Below are positions 9,130 to 18,977 of a DNA stretch of 64,000 nt, in pieces (position 1 is the stretch's first letter; each line of letters opens with the position of its first letter). Source of the stretch: an uncultured virus (IMG/VR IMGVR_UViG_3300042191_000126) (Duplodnaviria; Heunggongvirae; Uroviricota; Caudoviricetes). The translations under genes and the position numbers were made by a program. Below the pieces are notes generated by a model. That model was not told the DNA's origin. It ran no database searches and was given only the letters and a program-made list of their open reading frames with translations. The stretch lies in the IMG/VR virus record IMGVR_UViG_3300042191_000126. The stretch is one strand, 5' to 3'.

Positions 9130-10674
9130 ATGGCAAACCTGCAAGACATCCCGCTCGACAAGCTTCACGCACACCCGGATAACCCGCGCCTCCAGCTCCG
9201 CGAGGACGTCGTCGAACGCCTCACCACAGAGATGGCAGCCTCCGGGTTCGGGCGGGAGCACGCCGTCCTCGTCCGGCCGCACGAAGGCGGCTACCAGGTC
9301 ATCTCCGGGCACCACCGCGTCGAAGCAGCACGACGGGCAGAGCTGTCAGAGGCGCCCGCGTGGGTGCGGGAGATGGACGACGACGAGGCATTCATGCAAC
9401 TCGTGCTGTCCAACACACAGGGCGAGTTGTCGCCGCTGGAAATCGGATTCCACGCCCTCAAGGCTGTGCCGCTTTCTGAAGGTGGCCGCGGGAAGAAAGG
9501 CGGCCTCAGCGCGTATGCCGAACGGCTCGGACGGGACCTTTCCGGAATCCGTCAACTTCGCGCCGCAGCCGAGGTAGCCGAAACCCTGGAGACGTCTCAC
9601 CGGATTAAAACGGCGGATCGGACATACCACCTTTACGAGGTTTCCAAGGCCCCGCGCGAGGTTCGTTCCGCGCTCGTTGACGCCCTGGTGAAGCGCTCCT
9701 GGACGGTCGCTGACACGAAGTCCACCGTGGACAAGGTCCGCCAGTTCGATATCCCGGCTGAGCACGCCAACTGGCTTCCGCTCGTCGACGTTGTCGCCCG
9801 CTTCCTCACCTCCGGGAAGCCCGGCCCGGCCGCCGTGGCCCAGCTTGTCTCCACCGTCGACGGGATCGCCTCAGCCATCGACCGCGACGGCACCGACGAC
9901 GACGACATCGCGTTCCACGAATGGCTGACCGAGAACCGCGGCAAGGACTCCTGGGACCGCCGCAAGATCAGCGACTACCACGTCACCCTCATCCGCGAGT
10001 GGGCCGACAGGGCTGCGGCAGCAGCTGAAGCGGCGGCCGAGGAAGACGACAGCCCGAAACTGCCCGACGGCGTAGAGCTCCGTCTCGGAGATTTCCGCGA
10101 AGTCCTCAAGGACATCGAGTCCGGAACCGTCGACGCCATCGTCACCGACCCTCCGTACCCGGCCGAGTTCCTCCTGCTCTTTGCTGACCTCGCTGAGCTC
10201 GCCGCTCGCGCCCTCAAGCCCGGCGGCCTGTGCGCGGTCATGGTCGGTCAGTCCTACCTTCCCGACGTCTACCGCCTCATGAATCGCGGCGACCTCGCCT
10301 ATCAGTGGACCCTCGCCTACCTCACCCCCGGCGGGCAGGCCACCCAATTGTGGCAGCGCAAGGTCAACACCTTCTGGAAGCCGATCCTCGTCTACGTCAA
10401 GGGCGAGTACGACGGCCCGTGGATCGGCGACGTCGCCAGCTCTGATGTGAACGACAACGACAAGAACCACCACCACTGGGGCCAGTCCGAATCCGGCATG
10501 GCCGATCTCCTCGACCGCCTCACCCGACCCGGCGACCTCGTGTGTGACCCGTTCCTCGGCGGAGGAACCACCGCGGTCGTCGCCCACCAGCTCGGGCGCC
10601 GCTTCATCGGCTGCGACATCGACGAAGCCCACATCACCACCACCACCGAGCGCTTCGGAGGTGCTGAGGCATGA
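9130..10674 (+). CDS. ParB-like N-terminal domain fused to beta-class N6A/N4C DNA methyltransferase
   Basis: HPDNPR and ISGHHRVEAA (ParB); VTDPPY followed by DPFLGGGTT (MTase). Confidence 0.9.
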   Translation: MANLQDIPLDKLHAHPDNPRLQLREDVVERLTTEMAASGFGREHAVLVRPHEGGYQVISGHHRVEAARRAELSEAPAWVREMDDDEAFMQLVLSNTQGELSPLEIGFHALKAVPLSEGGRGKKGGLSAYAERLGRDLSGIRQLRAAAEVAETLETSHRIKTADRTYHLYEVSKAPREVRSALVDALVKRSWTVADTKSTVDKVRQFDIPAEHANWLPLVDVVARFLTSGKPGPAAVAQLVSTVDGIASAIDRDGTDDDDIAFHEWLTENRGKDSWDRRKISDYHVTLIREWADRAAAAAEAAAEEDDSPKLPDGVELRLGDFREVLKDIESGTVDAIVTDPPYPAEFLLLFADLAELAARALKPGGLCAVMVGQSYLPDVYRLMNRGDLAYQWTLAYLTPGGQATQLWQRKVNTFWKPILVYVKGEYDGPWIGDVASSDVNDNDKNHHHWGQSESGMADLLDRLTRPGDLVCDPFLGGGTTAVVAHQLGRRFIGCDIDEAHITTTTERFGGAEA

Positions 10675-11186
10675 GCGGGTACACGCGCAACGGCCGAAGG
10701 CGCATGGACGCGGACGCCCTCATGCGCGCCAACATGCAGCTCTCCGACCGGCACCGGGAATGGGGCGACGACTGCCCCATGGTCGACCTGGACTTCCTGA
10801 TGTGCGAGTACAACCACGGGATCCCGGTCGCGATCGTCGACTACAAGTTCCACGGCGCCGAGATCACGCAGACCAGCGTGCGCACGTACGAGACGCTGTC
10901 CGGCTTCTACGACGAGGACCACCACCAGGTGCCGTTCTTCATCGCCCGGTACTGGCCAGACGTGTGGGCGTTCAAGGTGAAGCCGATCAACGAAGCGGCA
11001 TCCGCATTCTTCGAGCGGGTGAAACCGGGTCTGCTCGCCGCGTCCGGCGCTTGGGTGTCGATGACCGAGCAGCAGTTCGTGTGGCTGCTGTACCGCCTGC
11101 GCAAGGACGCACTCGATATCCGAGACCAGCGCTACCTCGAACGCCTCCACCAAGTGATTCCGCCAGCTGAGGCCGTCGCCTCTTAA
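10671..11186 (+). CDS. Putative PD-(D/E)XK nuclease-like protein
   Basis: DLDFL...AIVDYK spacing; translationally coupled to the MTase. Confidence 0.5.
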   Translation: MSGYTRNGRRRMDADALMRANMQLSDRHREWGDDCPMVDLDFLMCEYNHGIPVAIVDYKFHGAEITQTSVRTYETLSGFYDEDHHQVPFFIARYWPDVWAFKVKPINEAASAFFERVKPGLLAASGAWVSMTEQQFVWLLYRLRKDALDIRDQRYLERLHQVIPPAEAVAS

Positions 11187-11321
11187 CCGCCTGCGGGGCC
11201 GTCCACGGTGGCGGCCCCGCCCGGGCCTTGTCTGCACTGTGTTGAGGGAGAGCGTGTGAGCGTTGACGAACGGGCCGGCCGTGCCGGGCGGGTGGCTGTC
11301 GGCTGCCCGCCCGGCAGGACG

Positions 11322-11609
11322 TCAAGCGTCGGCAGCGCGGTTGGCGGCGGCGTCCCGTTCGGCTTTCCTCCGGCTCGTGACCGTCGGCTCACGCAGACGC
11401 GGGACGTCGTGATCACGTGCGATGCGGCGGACGTGCTCGGTGGTGAACCCGGTCTCCTTGGCGACGTCGCGCGGCCTGATCCCAGCGATGAGCGCAGCAG
11501 CGATGACATCACCCAGCTCGCCACGCAGGCGATCCGCTGTCTTCGTGGCGCGCTGGTAGCGGCTGACTGCTCCTCGCAGGTGGATCACTGCTTCCTCCGT
11601 CGACTCCAT
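11322..11609 (-). CDS. Small HTH regulator
   Basis: GIRPRDVAKETGFTTEHVRRIAR. Confidence 0.75.
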   Translation of the reverse strand: MESTEEAVIHLRGAVSRYQRATKTADRLRGELGDVIAAALIAGIRPRDVAKETGFTTEHVRRIARDHDVPRLREPTVTSRRKAERDAAANRAADA

Positions 11610-11805
11610 AGCGGAATGGTCCCACATCGATGTGGCCAAGTCCTATGGTGCCACACTAGCCAACCATCATGTGCCAAACTACATGTTGGCAAATGGGGTA
11701 GGATCAAGGCAGGCGAAGGGCCGATCGGCAGCCCAAGTAATCCTCCGTAACGCTGCCAGAAACAGGCCGTGACCAGCGCAAACCCACGCTTGAGAAGAGA
11801 CCGAG

Positions 11806-12918
11806 TTGAGCATCGAAGAGGAGCAGGGCCCCGTTCGGGTCGGACGCTTCGAGTGGGAACGGCTCATGATGATGAGCGACCTCCCCGAGCCGGACCGCTT
11901 CAAGCTGCTCGCCCTCGGCATCTTCATGAACAGCGGCGGAGACCGTATCCGGCCGGGCAACGCCGGCCTCGCCGAATTCGGCCCCCACAAGGACACCTGG
12001 AAGAAGCTCCTCCAACGGACCGTCAAAACCGGGTGGCTGACCCTCGATCAACGCGGAGGAGCGCGCCGCGGCCCCGGCGGGACCACCATCCGTAGGGCTT
12101 CGATGTACGCCGCGTCGGTGCCGCGGGAGGTCTGGGAGCGCCGCGAGGAGATCCTCAACAGTCCGCCGTTCCGAGCATTTGGCGTTGAAGGGGGCGAGTC
12201 TGTCCCGTTGAAGGGAGCGGCAGATGAGGTCTCCAGCGCTCCGAAGTTGAAGGGGGCCGTAGACGCCTCCTTCAACGGCTCTGGCCCTTCCTTGAAGAGG
12301 GTGCCTGGACGCCCCCTTCAAGGGAACGGGGAGGATTTTGAAGGGGGCGCCAACGGACCCTCTTCTAAATCCTTTGAAGGGGGCGATCAAGCCTTTGAAG
12401 GGGGTCCCCAGAGACCCCCCCATCACGTAGTTACATCACGCACCTCCTACCCCCCGGCCCCCTCGCCCGTCACCAACCTGTCGGCCGTCGAGGGAGGCGG
12501 AGGGAACCAGCAGCAAGAACAGACACCACTCGCCGCCGCTGCCGCGTTCCTCGAATCGCTGCCCGCCCCGTGGACCGTCGGCGCCAAGACCGCAGCCGAC
12601 CTCGCACCGCTGCTGCTGGAGCGCGCCACCGCAAAGGGCTGGCTCCCCAACCCCGCGCTCGTCACCAAGCTCACCGAACGGCCGCACGGCATCAGCAACT
12701 ACCCGGCAGTGCTCCGCATCCGCATCGAAGACCTGCCCAAGGCACCCACAGTGCCCACCGTGCGGCCCGCCGCAGAGAAGCCGCCTCACTGCGGCGACAT
12801 CGACTGCGACCACATCGACCGCATGCGCGAAATCGAAACCCCCGACGGCATCCGCATGAACACCCCATGCCACCAATGCCACCCCAGCCGACTCAACGGA
12901 AAGCAGCCAGCCGCATGA
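11806..12918 (+). CDS. Phage replication initiator protein
   Basis: wHTH-like N-terminus, internal repeat cluster, coupled to dnaB. Confidence 0.7.
   Translation: MSIEEEQGPVRVGRFEWERLMMMSDLPEPDRFKLLALGIFMNSGGDRIRPGNAGLAEFGPHKDTWKKLLQRTVKTGWLTLDQRGGARRGPGGTTIRRASMYAASVPREVWERREEILNSPPFRAFGVEGGESVPLKGAADEVSSAPKLKGAVDASFNGSGPSLKRVPGRPLQGNGEDFEGGANGPSSKSFEGGDQAFEGGPQRPPHHVVTSRTSYPPAPSPVTNLSAVEGGGGNQQQEQTPLAAAAAFLESLPAPWTVGAKTAADLAPLLLERATAKGWLPNPALVTKLTERPHGISNYPAVLRIRIEDLPKAPTVPTVRPAAEKPPHCGDIDCDHIDRMREIETPDGIRMNTPCHQCHPSRLNGKQPAA
12185..12404. repeat. Iteron-like TTGAAGGGGG repeats (candidate replication origin)
   Basis: Copies at 12185, 12208, 12247, 12292, 12338, 12374, 12395 (+) and 12266, 12312 (-), some with a mismatch. 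Confidence 0.8.
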
Positions 12919-14300
12919 CCGACGACCAGAACAACTACCTCGAGCGCGTCCCCCCACAGAACACCGAAGCCGAGCAGGCCGTCCTCGGCGCCATGATGCT
13001 CAGCCCCCACACCATCGACATGATCAGCGCCACCATCAACCCCGGCGACTTCTACCACCCCACCCACCAGACGATCTACATGACGATCTGCGACCTCTAC
13101 AGCCGCAGCCGCACACCCAAAATCGACCCGATCACCATCGCCGCCGAACTCACCACAACCGGAGACATCACCAAAATCGGCGGCTCCTCCTACCTCCACA
13201 CCCTCGTCCAAACCGTCCCCACCACAGCAAACGCCGACTACTACGCCAACATCGTCCGCGAAAACGCCCAACTCCGCGCCGTCATCGCAGCCACCCAGCG
13301 CGCCACCCAACGCGCCTACCTCCACGAAGACACCGCCACGAACATCCTCGACACCGCCATGGCCGACCTCCAGGCCGCAGCCACCGGCACCAACACCACC
13401 GACGTGAAGCTCTCCGTCTCCGACCGGTGGGCCGACTTCCTCGACGAGCTGGAGACCGGTACCGACCCCAACGCCATCACCACCCCGTGGGCCGACCTCA
13501 ACGACGTCATCGAGCTCAAGCCCGGCCAGCTCATCACCGTCGGCGCAGCCACCGGCGGCGGGAAATCCCTCCTCGGCATGAACCTGGCCTCACACGTCGC
13601 CCTCACCCACGGCAAACCCGTCCTCGTCGCATCACTGGAAATGGGCGGCAGCGAACTCATGGCCCGCCTCACCGCAGCCGAAGCGACCATCGACCTCAAC
13701 CGACTGGTACGCCGCAAGCTCGAAGAAGGCGACTGGCAGAAAATCTTCCGCGCCGCGCCGCGCCTCCAGAACGCCCACAACTTCATCCTCGACGACACAC
13801 CCAACCTGACCCTGTCGAAGATCCGCTCCCGCATGCGGTGGATGACTTCCCGCAACAACCCACCCGCCATGGTCGTTGCCGACTACCTCCAGCTCCTCAC
13901 ACCCGAGAAGCCCCACAGCGACAAGAACCGCGCGACCGAAGTCGCTGAACTCTCCCGCGGCCTGAAGCTCTTGGCGATGGAGTTCGAGATCCCCGTCGTC
14001 GCGCTCGCGCAGTTCAACCGCAACGCCGTCGGCCGCCAACCCCTCGTGACCGACTTCAAAGACTCCTCGGCGATCGAGCAGGACTCCAACATCATCATCC
14101 TGATGCACCGGCCCCTCGCCGACGACGGCACCGACACCGGGCCCCGCTCCGGAGAGATCGATCTCATCGTCGCGAAGAACCGCAACGGGTCAGCCGGGCG
14201 CATCGTCCCCCTCAGCTTCCAGGGCCACTACGCCCGGCTGCGATCCATGGCCCCGCAGTCATGGGCGCCACACGCCGTGGTCGAGGGGGCGGCATCGTGA
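12915..14300 (+). CDS. dnaB: Replicative DNA helicase
   Basis: PPQNTEAEQAVLG, GAATGGGKS, SLEM, DYLQL, AIEQDS, IVAKNRNG. Confidence 0.95.
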   Translation: MTDDQNNYLERVPPQNTEAEQAVLGAMMLSPHTIDMISATINPGDFYHPTHQTIYMTICDLYSRSRTPKIDPITIAAELTTTGDITKIGGSSYLHTLVQTVPTTANADYYANIVRENAQLRAVIAATQRATQRAYLHEDTATNILDTAMADLQAAATGTNTTDVKLSVSDRWADFLDELETGTDPNAITTPWADLNDVIELKPGQLITVGAATGGGKSLLGMNLASHVALTHGKPVLVASLEMGGSELMARLTAAEATIDLNRLVRRKLEEGDWQKIFRAAPRLQNAHNFILDDTPNLTLSKIRSRMRWMTSRNNPPAMVVADYLQLLTPEKPHSDKNRATEVAELSRGLKLLAMEFEIPVVALAQFNRNAVGRQPLVTDFKDSSAIEQDSNIIILMHRPLADDGTDTGPRSGEIDLIVAKNRNGSAGRIVPLSFQGHYARLRSMAPQSWAPHAVVEGAAS

Positions 14301-14482
14301 CCGACTCCTGCCCGCGTTGTCTGCGCCGCCGCATACAGCCCCGAGCTGTCGTCCACCGCGGAGATTCCATCGCCTGCGGCTACCACTGCCCCAAGTGCGC
14401 CCACACCTGGGCCACTACCTGGGACCGGGCCGCCAGTAGCCAGACGGATGTCGGTATGCCGCGGCACTGGAGCGAACCGTGA
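14297..14482 (+). CDS. Small Zn-ribbon protein
   Basis: CPRC...YHCPKCAHTW. Confidence 0.65.
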   Translation: MTDSCPRCLRRRIQPRAVVHRGDSIACGYHCPKCAHTWATTWDRAASSQTDVGMPRHWSEP

Positions 14483-14649
14483 CCGGACGCCCGGCGTACC
14501 CCGCGCACACCGTCCGCTGTCCCTGGTGCGGCGCCCAGCCCGGCGACCGCTGCACCACACCCCGCGGCCGCAAACTCGCCGTCCCCAGCCACCAGGCCCG
14601 CATCGACGCGTACGCCCAACAGGCCACCCGCACGGAGACCTCCCGATGA
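14479..14649 (+). CDS. Small Zn-finger protein (not in ORF track)
   Basis: Manual translation VRCPWCGAQPGDRC...SHQARI; coupled at both ends. Confidence 0.65.
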   Translation: MTGRPAYPAHTVRCPWCGAQPGDRCTTPRGRKLAVPSHQARIDAYAQQATRTETSR

Positions 14650-15572
14650 CCGCCCGCTGCGCCTCGTGTGGGCGCCGCCTGCGCCAACCGTCCCCGGACG
14701 GCTACGGGCCCGCATGCCGCCGCGCACAACACCCACAGCCCCGCGGGCCCACACCACCACCCACAGCCCGCCGCACCCGGCCCCAGCCTCGACCACACCC
14801 AGGAGCACCAGTGACCAGCCCGCTCACCGATCAGCAACTCGACGAGATCGCAGCCCGAGCCGAGGGCGTCCGCGAATACATCGACCTCCCCGACGACACC
14901 GACGGCCTCGCCGGTCAGGACGTGCCCGCGCTCATCGCCGAGATCCGCCGCCAGCGCACCCAGAACACCGCCGGCCGGGCTGGTCTCCGTGACCAGGTTC
15001 GCCGCGCAATCTGCGAGGCCGAGGGATTCGGCTGGGACACGGACATGCTGGAGCCCGACGAGTACGGGGAGCATGCCGACGTGGTCCTGGCCGTGCTGCC
15101 CGCACCCGCCGACCGGGCCGCAGTCCTCCGCGAAGCCTGGGACGTGGCCCACGAGGAGGGCAGCCGCCTGGAGGAAGTGGCGGGCATCGAGGCCGCCCGG
15201 GGCGCGCGCTGCGTCGCGCGCCTGCTGCGCCGCATGGCCGACGAGGCGCAGCGGTGCCCGCAGGGCTGCGACATCTCCCGCTGCCCCTGCCTCGCCTGCG
15301 AAGCCGAACAGGCCGACGAGGAGCAGCCCGCCACCGAGGCCGAGACCGACGAGCAGCGCGCGGACCGTGAGGAGACCGAACGCGACCACGCAGCAGGCAA
15401 CCACCAGTATTGCGGCCAGACGTGCGAGGTGGAGTTCCCGACCGAGATGCTCCGCAACGCGATCCTGTACCGCGCCATCCCCGGGTCGAAGGCCATGCTC
15501 GCCGAGCTGGAGCGCCGGGCCGCCGCCGGGGCGCGGCGGAACAAGGCGCAGACGGAGGCCGACCGTGACTGA
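14646..15572 (+). CDS. Mosaic hypothetical protein; likely internal start at GTG 14811
   Basis: AGGAG RBS before 14811; several short modules. Confidence 0.6.
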   Translation: MTARCASCGRRLRQPSPDGYGPACRRAQHPQPRGPTPPPTARRTRPQPRPHPGAPVTSPLTDQQLDEIAARAEGVREYIDLPDDTDGLAGQDVPALIAEIRRQRTQNTAGRAGLRDQVRRAICEAEGFGWDTDMLEPDEYGEHADVVLAVLPAPADRAAVLREAWDVAHEEGSRLEEVAGIEAARGARCVARLLRRMADEAQRCPQGCDISRCPCLACEAEQADEEQPATEAETDEQRADREETERDHAAGNHQYCGQTCEVEFPTEMLRNAILYRAIPGSKAMLAELERRAAAGARRNKAQTEADRD

Positions 15573-15954
15573 ACTGGCCGCCACCGAGTACCTGTACGAA
15601 CTGTGGGACGCCAACTGGGACGACGGCCCCCTCGGTAACTGGCAGATCCGCCGCCACGAGATCACCCGGAAGACCGCCAAGCGGATCTACATCACCTTCT
15701 GTGGCAGGACCGCGTTCGTCGACCGGCAGCGGATCGAGGCTGACGGCGAGATCTTCTACCGGCCCGCCGCACGAACCTTGTACCTGGCCGAGCCGGACAT
15801 TCCGCACCAGCCCAAGCCGCCGTCGCTGCCGGAGTTGCGGAGGGCAATGGCCGACGCGCACCCGGACCGGGGCGGTACCGACGCCGAGTTCATCGCCGCC
15901 CGCGAGCGCTACGAGAAGGCCAGCGCCCTCGCCGCCGCCCCGTCTGTCGTTTGA
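15565..15954 (+). CDS. Protein with minimal C-terminal J-domain-like HPD motif
   Basis: LRRAMADAHPDRGGTDAEFIAARERYE. Confidence 0.7.
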   Translation: MTELAATEYLYELWDANWDDGPLGNWQIRRHEITRKTAKRIYITFCGRTAFVDRQRIEADGEIFYRPAARTLYLAEPDIPHQPKPPSLPELRRAMADAHPDRGGTDAEFIAARERYEKASALAAAPSVV

Positions 15955-15979
15955 CCGCCCACCACCAGGAGCCCCAGCG

Positions 15980-16399
15980 ATGACCACACCCACCCGCATC
16001 CAACGCCGACGAACAGCCGGATGGACCCTCGCCGCCGCAACCACCAACCCGCTCGGCGCCGTGATCGTCAGCCGCCCCTCCCGCTTCGGCAACCCGTTCA
16101 CCATCGCGGACGCCGTCGAAGCCGAGATGCGAGACCCCCGCAGCGCCTGCGCCCAGAACTACCGCGAATGGCTCCGCGTCGGCACCCACGGCGGCTGGTA
16201 CGAGGAGACCTACCGCATCGGCCTCCAGATCTACGACCGCCGCCGGATCCTCGCCGACCTCCACCTGCTCCGCGGCAAAGACCTCGCCTGCACCTGCCCG
16301 CTCCCCGCCGAGGGAGAGCCGGACCACTGCCACGCCGCGGTCCTGCTGGAACTCAGCAACCAGCCCGACGGATGGCGCAAGACCCGCCACCCCGCCTGA
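15980..16399 (+). CDS. DUF4326-like protein
   Basis: RIQRRR..GW, RPSRFGNPF, LRGKDLACTC, CHAAVL. Confidence 0.85.
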   Translation: MTTPTRIQRRRTAGWTLAAATTNPLGAVIVSRPSRFGNPFTIADAVEAEMRDPRSACAQNYREWLRVGTHGGWYEETYRIGLQIYDRRRILADLHLLRGKDLACTCPLPAEGEPDHCHAAVLLELSNQPDGWRKTRHPA

Positions 16400-16445
16400 C
16401 CCGCACCGGCACCCCCCGCCGCACCGGATACGCCTTGGAGCAGCC

Positions 16446-17108
16446 GTGACCGACCCCACCCGCACCAACCTGTGGCACGGCCACAGCCTCACCGACATAG
16501 ACCACCTCGCCCGCACCGTCGTCTCCAACGGCCGTGCCTGGTGGCCCACAGGCGACCGCGACGACCTCCACGCAGCCGCCTGGCACGGCATCGTCGAACA
16601 CCTCTGCACCACCGACGAGCCACCCACCCGCCGCGACCTCCTCGAGGCCGGGCGCCGCGCCCTCGTCGACGACGTCCGCGACACCATGCGCCACCACGGC
16701 GCGCGCCGCGACAACACCAACAACGGCCAGAGATACGCCATGTACTGGGAATGGGCAGGCCACGCCATCCCCAGCCCCGAAAACGCAATCATCGAACGCC
16801 TCGCCCTGGCGCAGATCCTCGACGCCCTGACCCCACGCCAGCGCCAGGCGTTCATGGCGCTGGCCGTGTCGGGCGACTATCCCGAGGCCGCCCGCCTCCT
16901 CGACATCGCAGACGAAACGTACCGGTCGCTACTCGGCCGGGCCCGGACCGCGTTCCGCGGCCTGTGGCACGAAGGGGAAACGACCTCCCGGCACTGGGGA
17001 TGCGACCGGCGGGCGGGGACGGTGCGGGGCACCGTCGGCAAGGGCGAGTCGGCTGTCTCCAACCTGCGTCGGCGGCAGCGTGATGCTGCGAAGCGAGCCG
17101 CAGCATGA
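16446..17108 (+). CDS. Sigma-70 region 4-like (ECF-like) transcription factor
   Basis: ILDALTPRQRQAF...YPEAARLLDIADETYRSLLGRAR. Confidence 0.7.
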   Translation: MTDPTRTNLWHGHSLTDIDHLARTVVSNGRAWWPTGDRDDLHAAAWHGIVEHLCTTDEPPTRRDLLEAGRRALVDDVRDTMRHHGARRDNTNNGQRYAMYWEWAGHAIPSPENAIIERLALAQILDALTPRQRQAFMALAVSGDYPEAARLLDIADETYRSLLGRARTAFRGLWHEGETTSRHWGCDRRAGTVRGTVGKGESAVSNLRRRQRDAAKRAAA

Positions 17109-17296
17109 CCGGCCCCCTGTGCGGTCTCCCGCACTACGACTACCCCGAGACGGTCTACACCGAGCCCGCCGGCCACTACCAGCCGATCACCGACCCGCAC
17201 GCCGGGCCCCTCATCATCGACGGCCGCCACGTCGGGGGCGCCGCCTGGGACGAACCAGCACCGCCCGACCAGACCAAGGAGACCAGCCATGCATGA
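17105..17296 (+). CDS. Small hypothetical protein
   Basis: Coupled ORF. Confidence 0.5.
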   Translation: MTGPLCGLPHYDYPETVYTEPAGHYQPITDPHAGPLIIDGRHVGGAAWDEPAPPDQTKETSHA

Positions 17297-17873
17297 CCCG
17301 CTGACAGTTGCCGTCGAGATCCGCAGTCCCTGGCCCAAGCACTACACCTGGAAGACCGAACAGGCCGCCCGCACCGGCACCCGCTGGAAGATCGGCGCCG
17401 CCTTCTGGATACTCGCCGGGCGCGGCCTGTACTTCCCGAGCCTGATCACGGTGTGGCACCGCGACCCGTCCGGCTACGACGACACCACCTGCCGCGGCAA
17501 GTGGTGGCGACTCCACGTCCACCACTGGAAGATCCAGATCCACCCGCTGCAGGACCTGCGCCGCTGGCTCCTCACCCGCTGCGTCTGGTGTGGTGGCCGG
17601 TCCATCAAGGGCGACCGAGTCAATGTCTCCCACTCGTGGGACGGGCCGCGCGGCCACTGGTGGCAGGGCGAGAAGAGTCTGTTCCACGCTGACTGCTCGT
17701 CGATCAAGACCGCGCACGCCACCTGCGTGTGCACGCGGCCCGTGCTGGAGCACGACATCTACGGACGCTGCGCCCGCTGCGGCCGGACCCGGGCGTTCGG
17801 CAGCACCGACGAGCAGCTCGCCCGGGCGCGTGAACTGGCCGCGATCCCCCACGGCGAACGGAACACGAAGTGA
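17289..17873 (+). CDS. Trp/Cys/His-rich hypothetical protein
   Basis: AAGGAG RBS; ITVWHRDPSG, HVHHWK, CVWC. Confidence 0.7.
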   Translation: MHDPLTVAVEIRSPWPKHYTWKTEQAARTGTRWKIGAAFWILAGRGLYFPSLITVWHRDPSGYDDTTCRGKWWRLHVHHWKIQIHPLQDLRRWLLTRCVWCGGRSIKGDRVNVSHSWDGPRGHWWQGEKSLFHADCSSIKTAHATCVCTRPVLEHDIYGRCARCGRTRAFGSTDEQLARARELAAIPHGERNTK

Positions 17874-18226
17874 CCCAGCGCATCCCCCTCGACCACCTCA
17901 CCAGCGACCAATACGACGCCCTCTGCGACGAGCTCGACGCACTCCGCGCCATCTCCCGCGGCTACTGCCCCGAATGCGGACGCGGAGACGCCGCACCAAC
18001 GGTCGAGGACTGGGAACGCGAACGCCACCGCGCCGATGAGGCCGAGGCCCAGCGCGACCAACACGCCGCCGCACTCACCATCGTGCAGAGCATCACCGCC
18101 GCCTGGTACGCGAGCAGCGAGGGCCGAGACGTCCTCATCGAGGACCTCGCCGCCGCTGGCCACCCGCTCCCCGAAGACGAGCCCGACCAACCGGCCGCCA
18201 AGCCAACGAAAGGTCCAGGCCAGTGA
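17870..18226 (+). CDS. Hypothetical protein
   Basis: LDHLTSDQYDAL; CPEC. Confidence 0.65.
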   Translation: MTQRIPLDHLTSDQYDALCDELDALRAISRGYCPECGRGDAAPTVEDWERERHRADEAEAQRDQHAAALTIVQSITAAWYASSEGRDVLIEDLAAAGHPLPEDEPDQPAAKPTKGPGQ

Positions 18227-18468
18227 GCATGTTCCTCGACGCGGTGCTCTACGTCGCAGCCGTCGTCCTCGTGGCGGGTGCGCCGCTGGGCGTGTGGTCC
18301 CGCCGGCCGCCTGTCCGGTGGCGCCCGGCCCGGCGGTTGCTCGCCACCGCACGCCACGAAGCCCGCCAGCGGCCCTAGGAGCCGCCGGGAGGACCACCCC
18401 GGCACATCCGGTCAACCAGAACCCCAACGGGCCCCACAAGCCCGCACAACGCCAAGAGAGGCACACGC

Positions 18469-18669
18469 ATGACATTCGAGTACACCGACCCCGACGGCGA
18501 CCGCCTGGAGATCCGCGTCGCCAAACACGATGCCGACACCACCGTCGTCGCCCTCGTCGTCGAGGAGACCGGCTCTTTCGCCGCCGTCCACATCCCCCTC
18601 GGCCGCGTCGAGGAGCTCATCGCAGGCATCCGCGACACCGCCCGCCAAGCCGCGGGGGAGCAGCAGTGA
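18469..18669 (+). CDS. Small hypothetical protein
   Basis: GAGAGG RBS; YTDPDGDRL. Confidence 0.65.
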   Translation: MTFEYTDPDGDRLEIRVAKHDADTTVVALVVEETGSFAAVHIPLGRVEELIAGIRDTARQAAGEQQ

Positions 18670-18977
18670 ACATCCTCGGCATGGCCGCCATAGCGCTCAC
18701 CGCCGTCGGCATCGCAGGCCTCGTCACCGGGCGGCTCACCGAGTATCAGGTCGACGGGATACTCGCCGCCGCGAACGGCCTGTTCTCCATCGCCGCGATC
18801 AGCCGGGGCTCTCTGGGTTGGGCGGTCTTCTCCGGCGCCGCGTGTGCTGTGGGCGCCTACCGGTGGTGGCACGGTGGTGGTGGTGACGGAACACGCCGAC
18901 GACTCCGGGCGGCGGCCCGCCAGTTCGCCGCTGTCCGCCGTACTGCACCCCAGACTGCCGCCAGGAGCATCCGATGA
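18666..18977 (+). CDS. Small membrane protein
   Basis: About three hydrophobic segments; WWHGGGGDGTRRRLR tail. Confidence 0.65.
   Translation: MNILGMAAIALTAVGIAGLVTGRLTEYQVDGILAAANGLFSIAAISRGSLGWAVFSGAACAVGAYRWWHGGGGDGTRRRLRAAARQFAAVRRTAPQTAARSIR

Noticed and set aside
12185..12404. CRISPR array
   Set aside because: Repeats are 10 bp, irregularly spaced, in both orientations, inside a CDS; no cas genes
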